A DNA stretch of 64,000 nt, taken from Isurus oxyrinchus. Lineage: Eukaryota. The stretch covers positions 100,254,001-100,318,000 of the forward strand of contig JANJGN010000001.1 of NCBI GenBank assembly GCA_026770705.1. The letters are read 5' to 3'. A model generated the notes under the pieces. That model saw only the letters and a program-made list of their open reading frames with translations. It was not told the DNA's origin and did not search any database. A program made the position numbers and the translations under genes. This document shows positions 1 to 12,600 of the stretch, piece by piece; position 1 is the first letter of the stretch; every line of letters starts with the position of its first letter.

Positions 1-471
1 TTATTGGAGGTGGTCATTACCTGGCACTTGTGTGGCATGAATGTTACTTGTCACTTGTCAGCCCAAGCCTGGATATTGTCCAGGTCTTGCTACATTTTGG
101 CATGGACTGCTTCAGTATCTGAGGAGTCACGAATGGTGCTGAACATTGTGCAAAAATGAGCGAACATCCCCGCTTCTGACCTTATGATGGAAGGTCATTG
201 GCGAAGCAGCAGAAGATGGTTGGGCCTAGGACACTACCCTGAGGAACTCCTGCAGTGATGTCCTGGAACTGAGATGATTCACATCCAACAACCAGCAGAG
301 ATTTTTCCCCTGATTCCCATTGACTCCAGATTTGCTAGGGCTCCTTGATGCCACACTTGGTCAAATGCTGCCTTGTCAAGGGCAGTCACTCTCACCTCAC
401 CTTGGGTGTTGAGTTCTTTTGTCCATGTTTGAAGGCTGTAACGAGGTCAGAAACTGAGTGACCCTGGCGGA
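1..471 (-). mobile_element. Family B non-LTR retrotransposon (CR1/L2-group), RT fragment; left part of a copy split by a CR1 insertion
   Basis: Minus strand is RT-like and collinear with the family B copy at 42470-42990. It resumes at 4921 (ccctggcgga|acccaaactg, compare the uninterrupted 42981-43000). Confidence 0.85.
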
Positions 472-2877
472 CCTTGACCTCAGTTTGAAAAGGGCATGGA
501 AAGCGGTGTGAAATTCAGTTTGAAAAGGATGTGGAGGTTGGGAGAGACTTCAGTTTGAAAAGGACATGGAGAGCAGGAGAGACTTCAGTTTTAAAAGGGC
601 ACTGAAGCATCTGGGACTTCAGTTCGGCTACTTTGCTGGGAGTCAGAGCGGAGCGGACCTGTGGGAGACAGTCGGGAGCTGAGCAGCGCATTGTTTCACT
701 GTTTCACTGTTTCAGCTGCTGTGAGGCTGCAGTCTGGGGAAAAAGAGAAAAAAGCAACTGTGATGTCACAGCAAGCTTGTATGTTGATTGGCCGGTAAGT
801 GCTCAGTCTAAGGGACAGTGTGTGAGAAACCAGCTCAGGACCGGCAAGTTCAGGTAGATCTATAAATAAAAAGAACTAAAAATTTACAATAATAATCCAA
901 AATTTTAAAATTAAAATCGAACAATAAAGATAAAAAAGCAATAAAATAATTTAAACAAAAGCACATACCTTGCACATACCTCTCCAGTTAAGAAGCATTT
1001 AACCTTTAGTTGTCAGTGGTACTAGCATTCAATAAACACAGTAAATTGTAGCAAATATAGGAAGAAAACAATTAAAGGAAATGAACTAAATAACACCTGT
1101 CCCACCATTCTAACTTATGTTATGTTGCAGCTGTGAGATGTGGGCGCTTTTGGACACCAAGGTGATCCATGCAAACATGTCTGCAGCAAGTGCAAGCATC
1201 TTGAGGAATTCCGGATCAGGATTAATGATTTGGAAGCCGAACTGTAGACACTGCGCAACATAAGGGAAGGGGAGAAATACCTGGACACTTTGTTCCAGAA
1301 GAGTCACACCTCTTAGAATAGGGACACCTGTTTTGGCCAGCAGAGAGGGACAGGAGGATGTGACTATCACTGAGGACTGTAATGGGACCGAGCAGACAGT
1401 CGTAGAGGAGCCTCAGACTTTGTAATTGTCAAACAGGTTTGAGGTGTTCACAACCTATGTGGATGAAAGGGAAGTCTGCAAAGTGGATGAGCTGACTGGC
1501 CATGACACTGTGGCACAGGAAGCCATTCAAGCCGGGGGAGCAAAAAGGAATGTAGTGGTAGTAGGGGACAGTATAGTGAGGGGGATTGACACTGTTCTCT
1601 GCAGCAAAGAGCAAGCGTCCAGACGGCTATGTTGCCTGTCCAGTGCCAGGGTTCGGGACATCTGCTCAGGGCTGGAGAGGAACTTGCAGTGGGAGTGGGG
1701 GGATCCAGTTGTGGTAGTCCATGTAGGTACCAATTACATTGGCAGGACTAGGAAAAAGGTTCTGCAAAGTCAGAATGAGCGGCTTGGTACCAAATTAGGA
1801 AGCAGAACCTCAAAGGTAATAATCTCTGGATTATTACCTGAGTGACATGCAAATTGGCACAGGGCAAATAAGATTAGAGAGACGAATGCGTGGCTCGAAG
1901 ATGTGTTTGGGATGTGTGGGTTCTGGTTTGTGGGGCACTGGCATCAGTACTGGGGAAAGTGGGGGTTGTACCGTTGGGACGGTTTACACCTGAACCATGC
2001 TGGGACAAGTGTCCTTGCAAATCACATAACTAGGGAAGTAGAGAGGGCTTTAAACTTAACAAGAGAGGGAAGGGATCAAGCTTGGGTAGAGGTAGCAATT
2101 CAAGGAATAGAGTCAAGAAAGGAGAGCAAAATAGGAATATGGGAAATGAGGGTCAGAGAATGGCAGAAAGGGGCAGAGAGAAAAAAACCTAAGAACACAT
2201 CACCAGTCAAGACTAGATGTTACAAGGTGACAAAACTGAAGGCTCTCTCTCTGAATGCACGTGGCATTACTAACAAAGTAAATGAATTGATGGCCCACGT
2301 TGAAGTAAATAAGTATGAACTGATAGCAATTATGGAGATATGGCTACAGGATGAGTGGGAGTGGCCTACATGCCCCCTAATAGTAGCCACAGTGTGGGAC
2401 AAAGGATAAAATATTGTGTGCTTGTGATAAAGGAACGGCGATAGTCATGGGTGATTTTAATCTACATCTCAACTAGAAAAATCAGATTGGCAGTAGTGGC
2501 TTGGATGAGGAATTCTTAGAATGCTTTTGAGGTAGTTTCTTAGAGCAGCACATCCTGGAACCAACCAGATAGCAGGTTATATTGGTATTGTGTAATGTGA
2601 CAGGATTAATGAATGACCTCAGAGTAAAGACACCCCTAGGTAGCAGCAACCACAATATGATTGAATTTTACATACAGATTGAAAGGGGGAAGAGTGGGTC
2701 TAAGACTAGCATCTTAAACTTAAATAAGGGCAACTATGTGGGGATGGAAGCTGAGCTAGCTGAAGTGAACTGGGAAACTAGACTAGAAAATAGATCAATA
2801 GAGAAGCAGTGGGGGATATTTAAGGGGTTATTTCAGAGTATTCAGGATAAATACATTCTTACTATTATACATTTTTT

Positions 2878-2985
2878 ACCTCTGAAGAAGACTCATAAGG
2901 ACTGGAAAAGTTAACTCTGTTTTGTTCTCTCCACGGATGCTATTAGATCTGCTGAGTTTTTCAAGCATTTTCTGTTTTTATTTTG
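2878..2985 (+). mobile_element. Short Penelope-like (PLE)-derived insertion with degenerate hammerhead motif
   Basis: ctgaagaagactcataaggactggaaaagttaactctg...gatgct...ctgctgagtttttc matches the PLE-derived family at 16020-16160 and 50450-50590. It interrupts CR1 ORF2. Confidence 0.7.
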
Positions 2986-4094
2986 TTTCTGTGTTCACTA
3001 CAGAGGATACAGAAAACATTCCAGTAATAGCTACAAATCAGCAGGTGAACAGGAGAAAGGAACTTGGTGAAATTGAAACCACTAGGGAAATGGTACTGAG
3101 CAAATTGATGCAGCTGCGGGCTGGCAAGTCTCCGGGTTCTGGTGGACTACATCCTAGCGTCTTAAAAGCGGTGGCTAATGAGGTAGTAATTTTCCAAAAT
3201 TTGCTAGATTCTGGAAAGGTTCTATCAGATTAGACAGTAGCAAAAAATAAGCCCTCTATTCAAGAAGGGAGGGAGGCAGAAAACAGGAAACTATAGGCCA
3301 GTTATCTTGCCATCTGTCGTGGGGAAGTTATTAGAATTGATCATTAAGGAGGTTATAGCTATGCACTTAGAAGTGCTCAAGGCAATTGGGAAGAGTCAGC
3401 ATGGTGTTGTGAAAAGGAAATCATGTTTAGTCAATTTATTGGAGTTTTCTGAAGGAGTAACATGCACAGTGGATAAAGGGGAGCCTGTAGACAGCCTGTA
3501 CTTTGATTTCCAGAAGGCATTTAATAAGGTGCCACATTAAAAGTTATTACGGAAAATAAAAGCTCATGGTGTAGTGGGTAACATATTAACATGGATAGAA
3601 GATTGGCTGGCAGGTGGAAAGCAGGCAGCTTGCATAAATGGGTATTTTTCTGATTGGCAAGATGTGACGATTGGAGTCTCACAGGGGTCTGTACTGGGTG
3701 CTCAACCTTTTACGATTTACATCAATGACTCAGATGAGGGGAGTGAAGACATGGTAGCTAAATTTGCGGATAACATAAAGATAAGTAGGAAAGTATGTTG
3801 TGAAGGGGACATGAAGAGGTTGCAGATCGATATAAATAGGTTGAGTGAGTGGGCAAAGATCTGGCAAATAGAGTTTAATGTGGAAAAATGTGAAGTTGTT
3901 CACTTTGGCAGGAAGAACAAAAAAGCAGAGCATTACTTAAATGGAGAATGACTGCATAATTCTGAGGTGCAGAAGGATCTAGGTGTTCTAATATGAGTCA
4001 CAAAAAGTTAGTATGCAGGTAGAGCAAGTAACTTAAAAAGCTAATGGAATGCTATACTTTGTTACGAGAGGGATTGAACATAAAAGTAAGGATG

Positions 4095-4299
4095 CATCGG
4101 CGGAGAAGAAAAGAGTTGACGTTTCGAGTCCTCATGACCCTTCGACAGAACTTGAGGTTCTCAAGTTCTGTCGAAGGATCATGAGGTCTCGAAACGTCAA
4201 CTCTTTTCTTCTCCGCCGATGCTGCCAGACCTGCTGAGTTTTTCCAGGTAATTCTGTTTTTGTTTTGGATTTCCAGCATCCGCAGTTTTCTTTGTTTTT
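4095..4299. mobile_element. PLE-derived inverted-repeat insertion with two hammerhead-like motifs and 15-bp target-site duplication
   Basis: Arms 4093-4156 and 4160-4222 are reverse complements. Flanked by ataaaagtaaggatg at 4080-4094 and 4300-4314. Confidence 0.85.
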
Positions 4300-4920
4300 A
4301 TAAAAGTAAGGATGTTATGCTTCAGTTATACAGGGCATTGGTGAGACCGCACCTCGAATACTATGTGCAGTTTTGGTCTCCTTATTTAAGGAAGGATGTA
4401 AATGTATTGGAGGCGGTTCAGAGGAGGTTTACTAGATTGATAGCTGGAATCAGTGGGTTGGCTTATGAGAAAAGATTGGACAGGCTGGGCTTGTTTCAAC
4501 TAGAGTTTCGAAGAGTGAGGGGTGTTTTATTGAAATGTACAAGATCCTGAGCAGCCTTGACAGGGTGGATGTCATAAGGATGTTTCCTTTTGCGGGTGAG
4601 TCCAGAACAAGGGGGCACTGTTTTCAAATTAAGGGTGGCCGTTTTAGGACAGAGATGAAGAGAAATATTTCCCTCACAGGGTTGTGCAACTTTGGAACTC
4701 TCTGCCTCCGAAGGTGATGGAGGCAGGGTCATTGAATATTTTTAAGGCAGAGGTAGCTAGATTCTTGTTAGGCAAGGGAAACAAAGGTTATCAGGGTTAG
4801 ATGGGAATGTGGAAATCGAAACACCAGAAGATCAGCCATGATCTTATTGAATGGCGGAGCAGGCTTGAGGGGCCAAATGGGCTACTCCTGTTCCTATTTC
4901 TTTTGTTCTTATGTTCTTCT

Positions 4921-6195
4921 GAACCCAAACTGAGCGTCAGTGAGCAAGTTATTGCTAAGCAAGTGCCACTTGGTAGCACTGTTGATGACCCCTTCCATCA
5001 CTTCACTGATGATCGAGAGTAAACTGATTGGCAGTAATTCGCTGGGTTGAATTTGTCCTGCTTTTTGTGTACAGGACATACTTGGATAATTTTCCACATA
5101 GCCGGGTAGATGCCTGTGTTGTACCTGTACTAGAACAGTTTGGCTAGGGGCACGGCAAATTCTGGAGCACAAGTCTTCATACCGTTAGAATATTGTCAGG
5201 GCCCAGAGCTTTTGCAGTATCCAGTGCCTCCAGCTGTTTCTTGCTATCACATGGAGTGAACCTAATTGGTTAAAGACTAGCATATGTGATGCAGGTGACC
5301 TCAGGGGGAATCCAAGATGAATCATCCACTGGGCACTTCCGGCTGAATATTGTAGCAAATGCTTTAGCCTTATGTTTTGCACTGCTGTGCTGGGCTACTC
5401 CATCATTGAGGATGGGGATATTTGTAGAACCTGCTCCTCCAGTGAGTTGTGTAATTGTCCATCACCATTCACGACTGGATGTGGCAGGACCGCACAGCTT
5501 AGATCTAATTCGTTGGGATCAATTAGCTGTGTCGGTCGTTTGCTGCTTATGGTGTCTGACACGCAAGTAGTCCTGTGTTGTAGCTTCACCAAGTTGACAC
5601 CTCATTTTTAGGTATGCCTGGAGCTGCTCCTGGCATGCCCTCCTGCACTCTTCATTGAACCAGGATTGATCCCCTGGCTTGATGGTAGAGTGGAGGATAC
5701 ACCAGGCCATGAGGTTATAGATTGTGGCTAAGTACAAATCTGCTGCTGCTGTTGGCCCACAGCACTTCATGTTTTCCCAGTCCTGAGCTGTTAGATCTGT
5801 TCGAAGTCTATCCCACTTAACATGGTGGTAGTGCCACACAACACGATGGAAGCTATCTTCCCTGTGAAGGCGGGACTGCATCTCCCCAAGGAATGTGCAG
5901 TGGTCACTCCAACCGATACTGTCATGGACAGATGCATCTGCGGCAGGCAGACTGGTGAGGATGAGGTCAAGTATGTATTTCCTTCTTGTTGGTTCCCTCA
6001 CCACCTGCTGGAGGCCCAGTCTAGCAGTTATGTCTTTTAGGACTTGGTCAGCTTGGTCTGTAGTGGTGCTACTGAGCCACTCTTGGTGATGGACATTGAA
6101 GTCCCCCACCCAGAGTACATTTTGCACCCTTGCCACACTTAGTGCTTCCTGTCATGGTGTTCAACTTGGAGGAGTACGGGATTAATCAGCTGAGG
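4921..6195 (-). mobile_element. Family B LINE, endonuclease and N-terminal RT region (right part of the split copy)
   Basis: ORF 5519-6136(-): WVGDFNVHHQEWL...LDLILT...IGWSDH, APE endonuclease motifs. Confidence 0.88.
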
Positions 6196-6199
6196 CACC

Positions 6200-9100
6200 T
6201 GACAGGGGACAGTATCAGAGGAACCTGTGATTTGATGGTGCTGGAAAGAAGTGGGCATTCTTTCAATTTTGGAAGATTAACAAGCATTGGTTAAAGTAAG
6301 TTTTATTCAGCTGGATAATAGGTGAAATTCCACAGAAGGTTAGAATTAAGTGCTGTTGGCAGGGAACACAGCTGGTATGCATTGTAAGCATCTGCAGTGT
6401 ATTTTGGAGTGAATATTGAGCAGCTGAATCATTATAACATGTATTCCTCCATAAGTGGCCAAGAGAAGGGAGCGAGCAGAGAGGGAGTGAAAATGTCGAA
6501 CCCGCCCCACGTTTTGTGATGACTCACTTGGGGCCCTCCTCCAGGCTGTGACCACCAGGCATGAGGTTCTCATACCAGCGGATGGGAAGCGAAGATCTCC
6601 CACAATGATCCAAACCGCCTGGGTGAAGGTGGCAACAGCGGTCAGGAGCATTGGCATGGTGTCTCGAAGCTGGAGGCAATACTGGAAAAGGATAAGTGAC
6701 CTATCGAGATCCGCAAAGCTGAGTAAGTCTGCACTCAGTCTATCAGTGTATACAGAAGGAACAGGGAAGGCTCGATAAGTGTCGTGCCTTGTGAGTACTT
6801 CAGAAGTGTGAGGCAGCATTATACACAAATGTCACTGTTCACAGTCCCTATGTCTCTATGGAGGTGTCACCTGGGGGTGGTGGGGGGTGGGTGGTGTGTG
6901 CCCTTAGAATTGTGGGTGATACACTGCACATTGCCTGCCAATCATTGTGCAGGCTATGCATTCTTCACTCTTGGACACAAGGTGAAATTATTGTCCCTGA
7001 GAATAGACATCATAGCAATGTCACACCTCATTGCAGGAAAAGCCGGCCCACAATACCCAGGAGAGGAACAGGACTGGAGGTGGTGTGCCCAACCTGGCAA
7101 TCCTCACAGCACTGGAGGAGGGTGTTCGGCTGTTCTCCTCCATGTAATGGAGCCAGTCAATTGGCAGAGGCGAAATTGGAGGAAGGCCTCAGGATTATGA
7201 GATTGAAAGTGGCTTTATCGAATGTTGGGACAGAGATGGGGAGAGGGCTATGGGGAGGGTGAATGATGCTGGAATACTTACATGAATTGTAAATTTGTGA
7301 CTTAGGCATTCAAAGGCTGGAATGCTTCCTGGTAGAAATATTGTGACGATGGTATAAGTGGTTTAATGGTTATAAAGTATCATCTCATAATCCATATAGT
7401 GCTAATGATGTTGAATCTTGTGTCCTTGCACATGCCATGAAGGTTGTGAAAGGCCCATTAATGCCCTTTCTTCTGTGTCTCCTGCGCAGGTGAACCATCG
7501 TCGTCTGCTGAGCCCGCCAGCTCCGAGAGACCCACACGAGCCTCTGAGGGGGAAGAGGAAGCCTTTGAGGGTGCAGCGTCATATCTTCTCCTTGCACCAA
7601 TCACCAGCACAGATCGTGCACCTCAGCAGAGATTAAGTGCAGTGGAAAGAGGAAAAGCAGAACCTGGTGAAGGTTCTTCACATTCACCTGTGCAGCTGCC
7701 TGACAATGTGGTGGAGCAGGCCTCAGGCAGTCAGCAGAGTGTTCAAGATAATCCAGAAACTGAGTCCCAGTTGGATGATGAGCCTCTGGAGATGTCTGTG
7801 AGGCAGCTCAGAGGCCAAGAACGCTTGGCCATTGGAATCTATGCCTTATTAAGGCCTTCCGTGTGTGGTGGTCATCCATGAGCTCCTTTGCAGGGCCTTG
7901 TATCTCTCCATTGGGGTGTTGCATCACCTCCTCTTTGACCTCATCGCCAGAGGAATATCCACTATCTTGTGTCTCCTCTTCCTCCTGGGCATCCCCTCAC
8001 TGAAGGATGAAGTTTTGCAGAGCGCAGCACACAATAATCATCTGTGACGCTCTGGATGGAGCACACTGCAACGCTCCTCCTGATCTATCCAGGCACCGGA
8101 AGCTTATCTTTAGCAGCCTAGTTGTCTGCACCATTTGGTTCTGGTGGTCCCGTGGCTGTCGTTATAGCTCCTGTCTGTATCTGTTCTAGGGGCCCTCACT
8201 GGCATCATAAGCCATTTTTTCAAAGGTTTACCCTTGTCATCCAGGGAATCAGATCCATTAAACATGTCTGGCACCGGCTGCCCGGGTACCTATGCGGACC
8301 TGCATAATTCTTCGATGGTGTTCACATACCAACTGGACATTTAAAGAGTTGATAGCCCTTCCTGTTAATGAATGTACAGGGCTGGCCTGCTGGAGCCTTT
8401 ATGGCAATGAGTGCAGCCTATAGCTCCCTGAACCCTGGAGAAACCTGCCATCTCCACAAAGCTTCTGGCTCATTCAAGTTGACTGTGGCAGTCCATGGAA
8501 AGTGCAATGTACTGACCTGCCCTTCAGAACACTGCATCTGTAAAGACCTTACTGCCATGGTGGGCAGCAGACTGTGTAATGCCACTGAGGCCTGAGCTTG
8601 AAAGGATCCAGTGGCAAAGAAATTCAGCACCACAGTGACCTTAACAGCTACTGGCATTGGGTGATCATCCAAGCAGCTGGAAGCTATCTCCCCTACCAGC
8701 ATCTCAGAGAGAAAGATCATTGTGGCTCTGGAGAATCTGAGTCTCCTCCAGCACTGTGTCTCAGATACCTGAAGGTAACTCATCCTCTGCCTATATACTC
8801 GATTGGCAGGATAAGTCCTAGCTCTGCGCCTCCATGGTTACAGCAGCATCCTGCCTTCATCAGCTCCTTGCTCCAATGCAGGTCTGCCACCCTCATGCAC
8901 CACCAGTGCATCCTGCCCCTGACCATCTGGCCTTCTCCCTCTCCCTCTCCCTCTACTCCTCCTCCTCCTCTCCAGAAAATGTCTCCCACGGAGACCACTA
9001 TCCCCAACTTCTTAAAACCAAACAGGCTGAGGTCCAGATGTGGCACTAACTGTACATTTCTGCAGGTTCAGTCAAGCCTTAAAACAGCAAAGATATACTC

Positions 9101-9346
9101 TGGAATTACACCTTCCAAGAGCAAATTATAACAGCACTCACAACTGCTGAGGTCAGACAAGGGCCCAGCTGCTGCCTTTAAACCCGCCCTTACAATGAGT
9201 CATTGCAAAAAAACAAGTTCCACATCTGGGGCATAATTTTATGGCCCCGTTTCGGTGGGGATGGGGACATAAAATGCTGCAAGACATTCTAAACCTCATT
9301 GGTTTCAACGGGAACGTAAAATCCCACTGCCGTAAAATTTCGCCCC
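6200..9346. mobile_element. PIF/Harbinger DNA transposon remnant (convergent Myb/SANT-like gene and HARBI1-like transposase)
   Basis: Plus strand FCDDSLGALLQAV...AWVKVA...RSWRQYWKRISDL (6510-6720) is Myb/SANT-like. Minus strand RRLRFSR...VKVTVVLNFFATGSFQ and FRCLDRSGGALQ...IIVCCALQN is a DDE transposase. Terminal aaaatttcgcccc at 9334-9346. Left end uncertain. Confidence 0.8.
7870..8800 (-). pseudogene. Harbinger (HARBI1-like) transposase, frameshifted and deleted
   Basis: ORF 8418-8783(-) plus C-terminal FRCLDRSGG motif near 8070-8105. Confidence 0.75.
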
Positions 9347-9605
9347 TGTTGTGCTTCACTCTCTAACCATAATATAGAATAGTTTTATTGCAGTCAATTG
9401 CACCTTTAATAAGCTAATTGATCCAATTTTAAACAATTTGAATATAGTGGGTGGGCAGCCAATTTCTAGGGCTGGCTGCCTAACATATTAACATGTTCCA
9501 TCACAATGACATAGGGAGCGCGACCTCATGTCATCATAATAAATATTACGTCGGTGCGGGTACATAGGGTACATACTCATTTTCACTGCATAATATTCAA
9601 CCCCC

Positions 9606-12600
9606 CCATGATTTTGAATACCTCTATCAAATCTCCACTTAACTTTCTCTCTCCAGGGAGAACAGTCCCAATTTCTCCAATTTTTCTACGTGACTGAAGT
9701 TCCTCATCTCTGGAACCATTCTTTTGTATCTTCTCTGCGCCCTCTCTAATGTCTTCACGACTTTTCTAAAATGATGCCCAGGTCTGGACACAATATTCCA
9801 GCTGAGGCCAAACTAGTGTTTTATACAGGTTTAACAAACTTCCTTGCTATTGTACTTTACACCCCTATTAATAAGGCGCAGGATACTCTATGCTTTATTA
9901 ACTGCGCTCTCAAGCTACCCCATCACCTCCAATGATTTATGCATATATACACCTAGGTCCCTCAGCTCCTGCATCCCTTTTAGAATTGTACCCTATATTT
10001 TATATTGTCTCTCTGCATCCTTCCTACCAAAATGAATCACCTCACACTTTTCCGCATTAAATTTCATCTGCCACTTGCCCGTCCATTTAACCAACCTGCC
10101 TATGTCCTTTTGAATTTCTACACTATCCTCTTCATGGTGACAATACTTCCAGGTTTCATCTCATCAGCAAATTTTGCAACTGCACTCTGTACAACATGAT
10201 CTGGGTCATTAATATATATCAGAAGAAGCAGGGGTCCTAACACGAATCCCCAGGGAACTCCATTATAACCCTTCCTCTAGTCTGAAAAACTACTCTTCAC
10301 CACTACTCTTTGTTGCCCGTCACTCAGTCAAGTTTGTACCCATGTTGCTTCTGTCCCTTCTATTCGATAAGCTCTAACTTTACTCACAAGTCTGTTTTGC
10401 AGCACTTCATTAAATGCCTTTTCAAAGTCCATGTACACCACATCAATAGCATTACCCTCATCAACCTTCTCTGCTACCTCATCAAAAAAATGTAAGCTAC
10501 TTATATGAGTTTCCTTTAACAAATCCATACTAGCTTTTCTTAATTAACCCGCATTTGCCCAAATTACTTAATTTTATGCTGAATTATCATTTATAGAAGC
10601 TTCCCTACCACTGAGGTTAAACTGACTGACCTGTAGTTGCTGGGCTTATCTTTACACCCCTTTTTGAACTAGGATGGAACATCTATAATTCTCCAGTCCT
10701 CTGGCACCAGCCTTGAGTCTAAGGAAAATTGGAAAATTATAGCCTATGCCTCTGCAATTTCCTCTCTCACTTCCTTCAGACCCTTGGATGCATCTCATCT
10801 GGTCCTGGTGCCTCATCAAATTTAAGTACTGACAGCCTATCCTATACATCCTCCTTATAAATTTTAAAACTTTCAAGTTTAACTACTTTTTCTTTCACCA
10901 TAACCTGGGCAGTGTCTTGTTCCTTGGTAAGAACAAATGCAAAGTATTAATTTAATACCTCAGCCATGCACCCTGTCGCTATGCATAAATACCCTTTTTG
11001 GTCCCTAATTGGCATCTCTCCTCCTTTAGCCACCCTTTTACCAGTTGTATGCCTATAGAAGATTTTTGGATTCCCTTTTATGTTAGTTGCCAATCTCTTC
11101 TCATACTCTCTCTTTGCTTCTTTTCATTGCTTTTTCAAATCCCCCCTGAACGTCCCACATTTGGCCTGATTCCCAATTGTACTATCCACCTGACATCGGT
11201 CATAGACTCACTTGTCTGCTTCATCTTAATCTCTATCTCTTTCGTCATCCAGGGAGCTCTGGATTTGTTTGCCCTATCGTTCCCCTCCACGGACAAATAC
11301 CTTGATTGTACTTAAACTCATTTCTTTAAAGGCAGCCCATTGCTCAGTTGCAGTTTAGCCTGTTAATCTTTGATTCCAATTTATTTTGGCCAGATCCATT
11401 GAAGTTGGCTCATCCCCAGTTAATTATTCTTCCTCTTGATTGTACCTCGCCATTTCCTGTAACCAACCTAAACCTTATGAAAGAATGATCCACTGTTCTC
11501 CCATGACATTTAGTGCACTTAGCCCTTCTCATTCACAAGAACCAGGTCCAGCAATGCTTCCTTTCTCATTGGACTGGAAAGGTACTGCTGTAAAAATTCT
11601 CCTGAACACACTCTAGGAACTCTTATCCCTCCCTGCTCTTTACACTATGATTATCCCAGTCTATATTCAGTTAACTAAAGTCCCCCATTATAATGTTCTA
11701 TAGTTCTTGCACTTCTCTGTAATTTCCTTGCAGATTTGTTCCTCTACATATTGCCCACTATTTGGTAGCCTATAGACTACACTGAGCAATAAAATTGCAA
11801 TTTTTTTTCCTTAGCTCTAGCCAAATAGATTCTGTCCTTGATCCCTCTGGCACATCCTCTCTCTCCATCACTGCAATGTTCTCCTTAATCAATACTGCCA
11901 CCGTCCTCCTTTCTTTTCTTTACTGGGCACTTTGTATCTAGGGGTATTTAATAACCTGTCCTGCCCTTCCTTGAGCCAGGTCTCTGTTATCCCCACAACA
12001 TCATATTTCCACATGGCAATCTGTGCCTCCAACTCACCAATCTTATTTGCTACACTTCACACATTCACATACATACGCTGTAACCCTAATTTAGACTTTA
12101 TTACTTTACCTGTTATGCTAAACCCACCTAATATTTTAATGTTGTTAGGAAATAGTGATAGCTTAAGTAAGTTATACTTGTATTTGTGGGTGTTAGGAAT
12201 GAGTTTTAGCTTTAAAGTTTAAATTTGATATGTATTTTTGTATCAGTGTGTTAAGAAAGGTCAAAAGGAGTTTTAGTTTTACATGCATTTTTAATGAGGT
12301 GTATTATGAGCCCTATAAAATGATGGTAAACATACAAGAGTAGAAGAACAGCACTGTTGCCTAGCAACAGGGGGGCAGATAAACATGTTCCTCCCAGAGG
12401 CGCGCACACACACAGGAGATAGACAATAGTTTTGATTTGGAAGCTATTGGAGTTCAGCTGTTTTTTGAAAGTTGCTGCCAGGAGAGACTGAAGCAAAGGG
12501 GACAAATAGTCAGTCCCAAGCTAAAGAAAAGACCTCAGAAATCCAGGGGAGTGGAAGAGGGGAGATCCCAAAGAAGACCTTCTAGTTAAAGGAAGGATAG

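Larger units (their letters stand above)
472..4920 (+). mobile_element. Full-length, degenerate CR1 LINE (5'UTR with cagtttgaaaagg repeats, ORF1 zinc-finger/SGNH esterase, ORF2 APE endonuclease-RT)
   Basis: ORF1 fragment VVVGDSIVRG...VVVHVGTN (1426-1845). ORF2 fragments LNARGITNK, FDFQKAFNKVPH, GVSQGSVLG, KFADN, LVRPHLEY. 3' tail ttcttatgttctt. Boundaries are defined by the interrupted family B copy. Confidence 0.92.

Noticed and set aside
6490-8800. Domesticated host genes HARBI1/NAIF1/MSANTD
   Set aside because: Frameshifts, stops, a TIR and a second decayed relative at 55350-57750 indicate transposon remnants.
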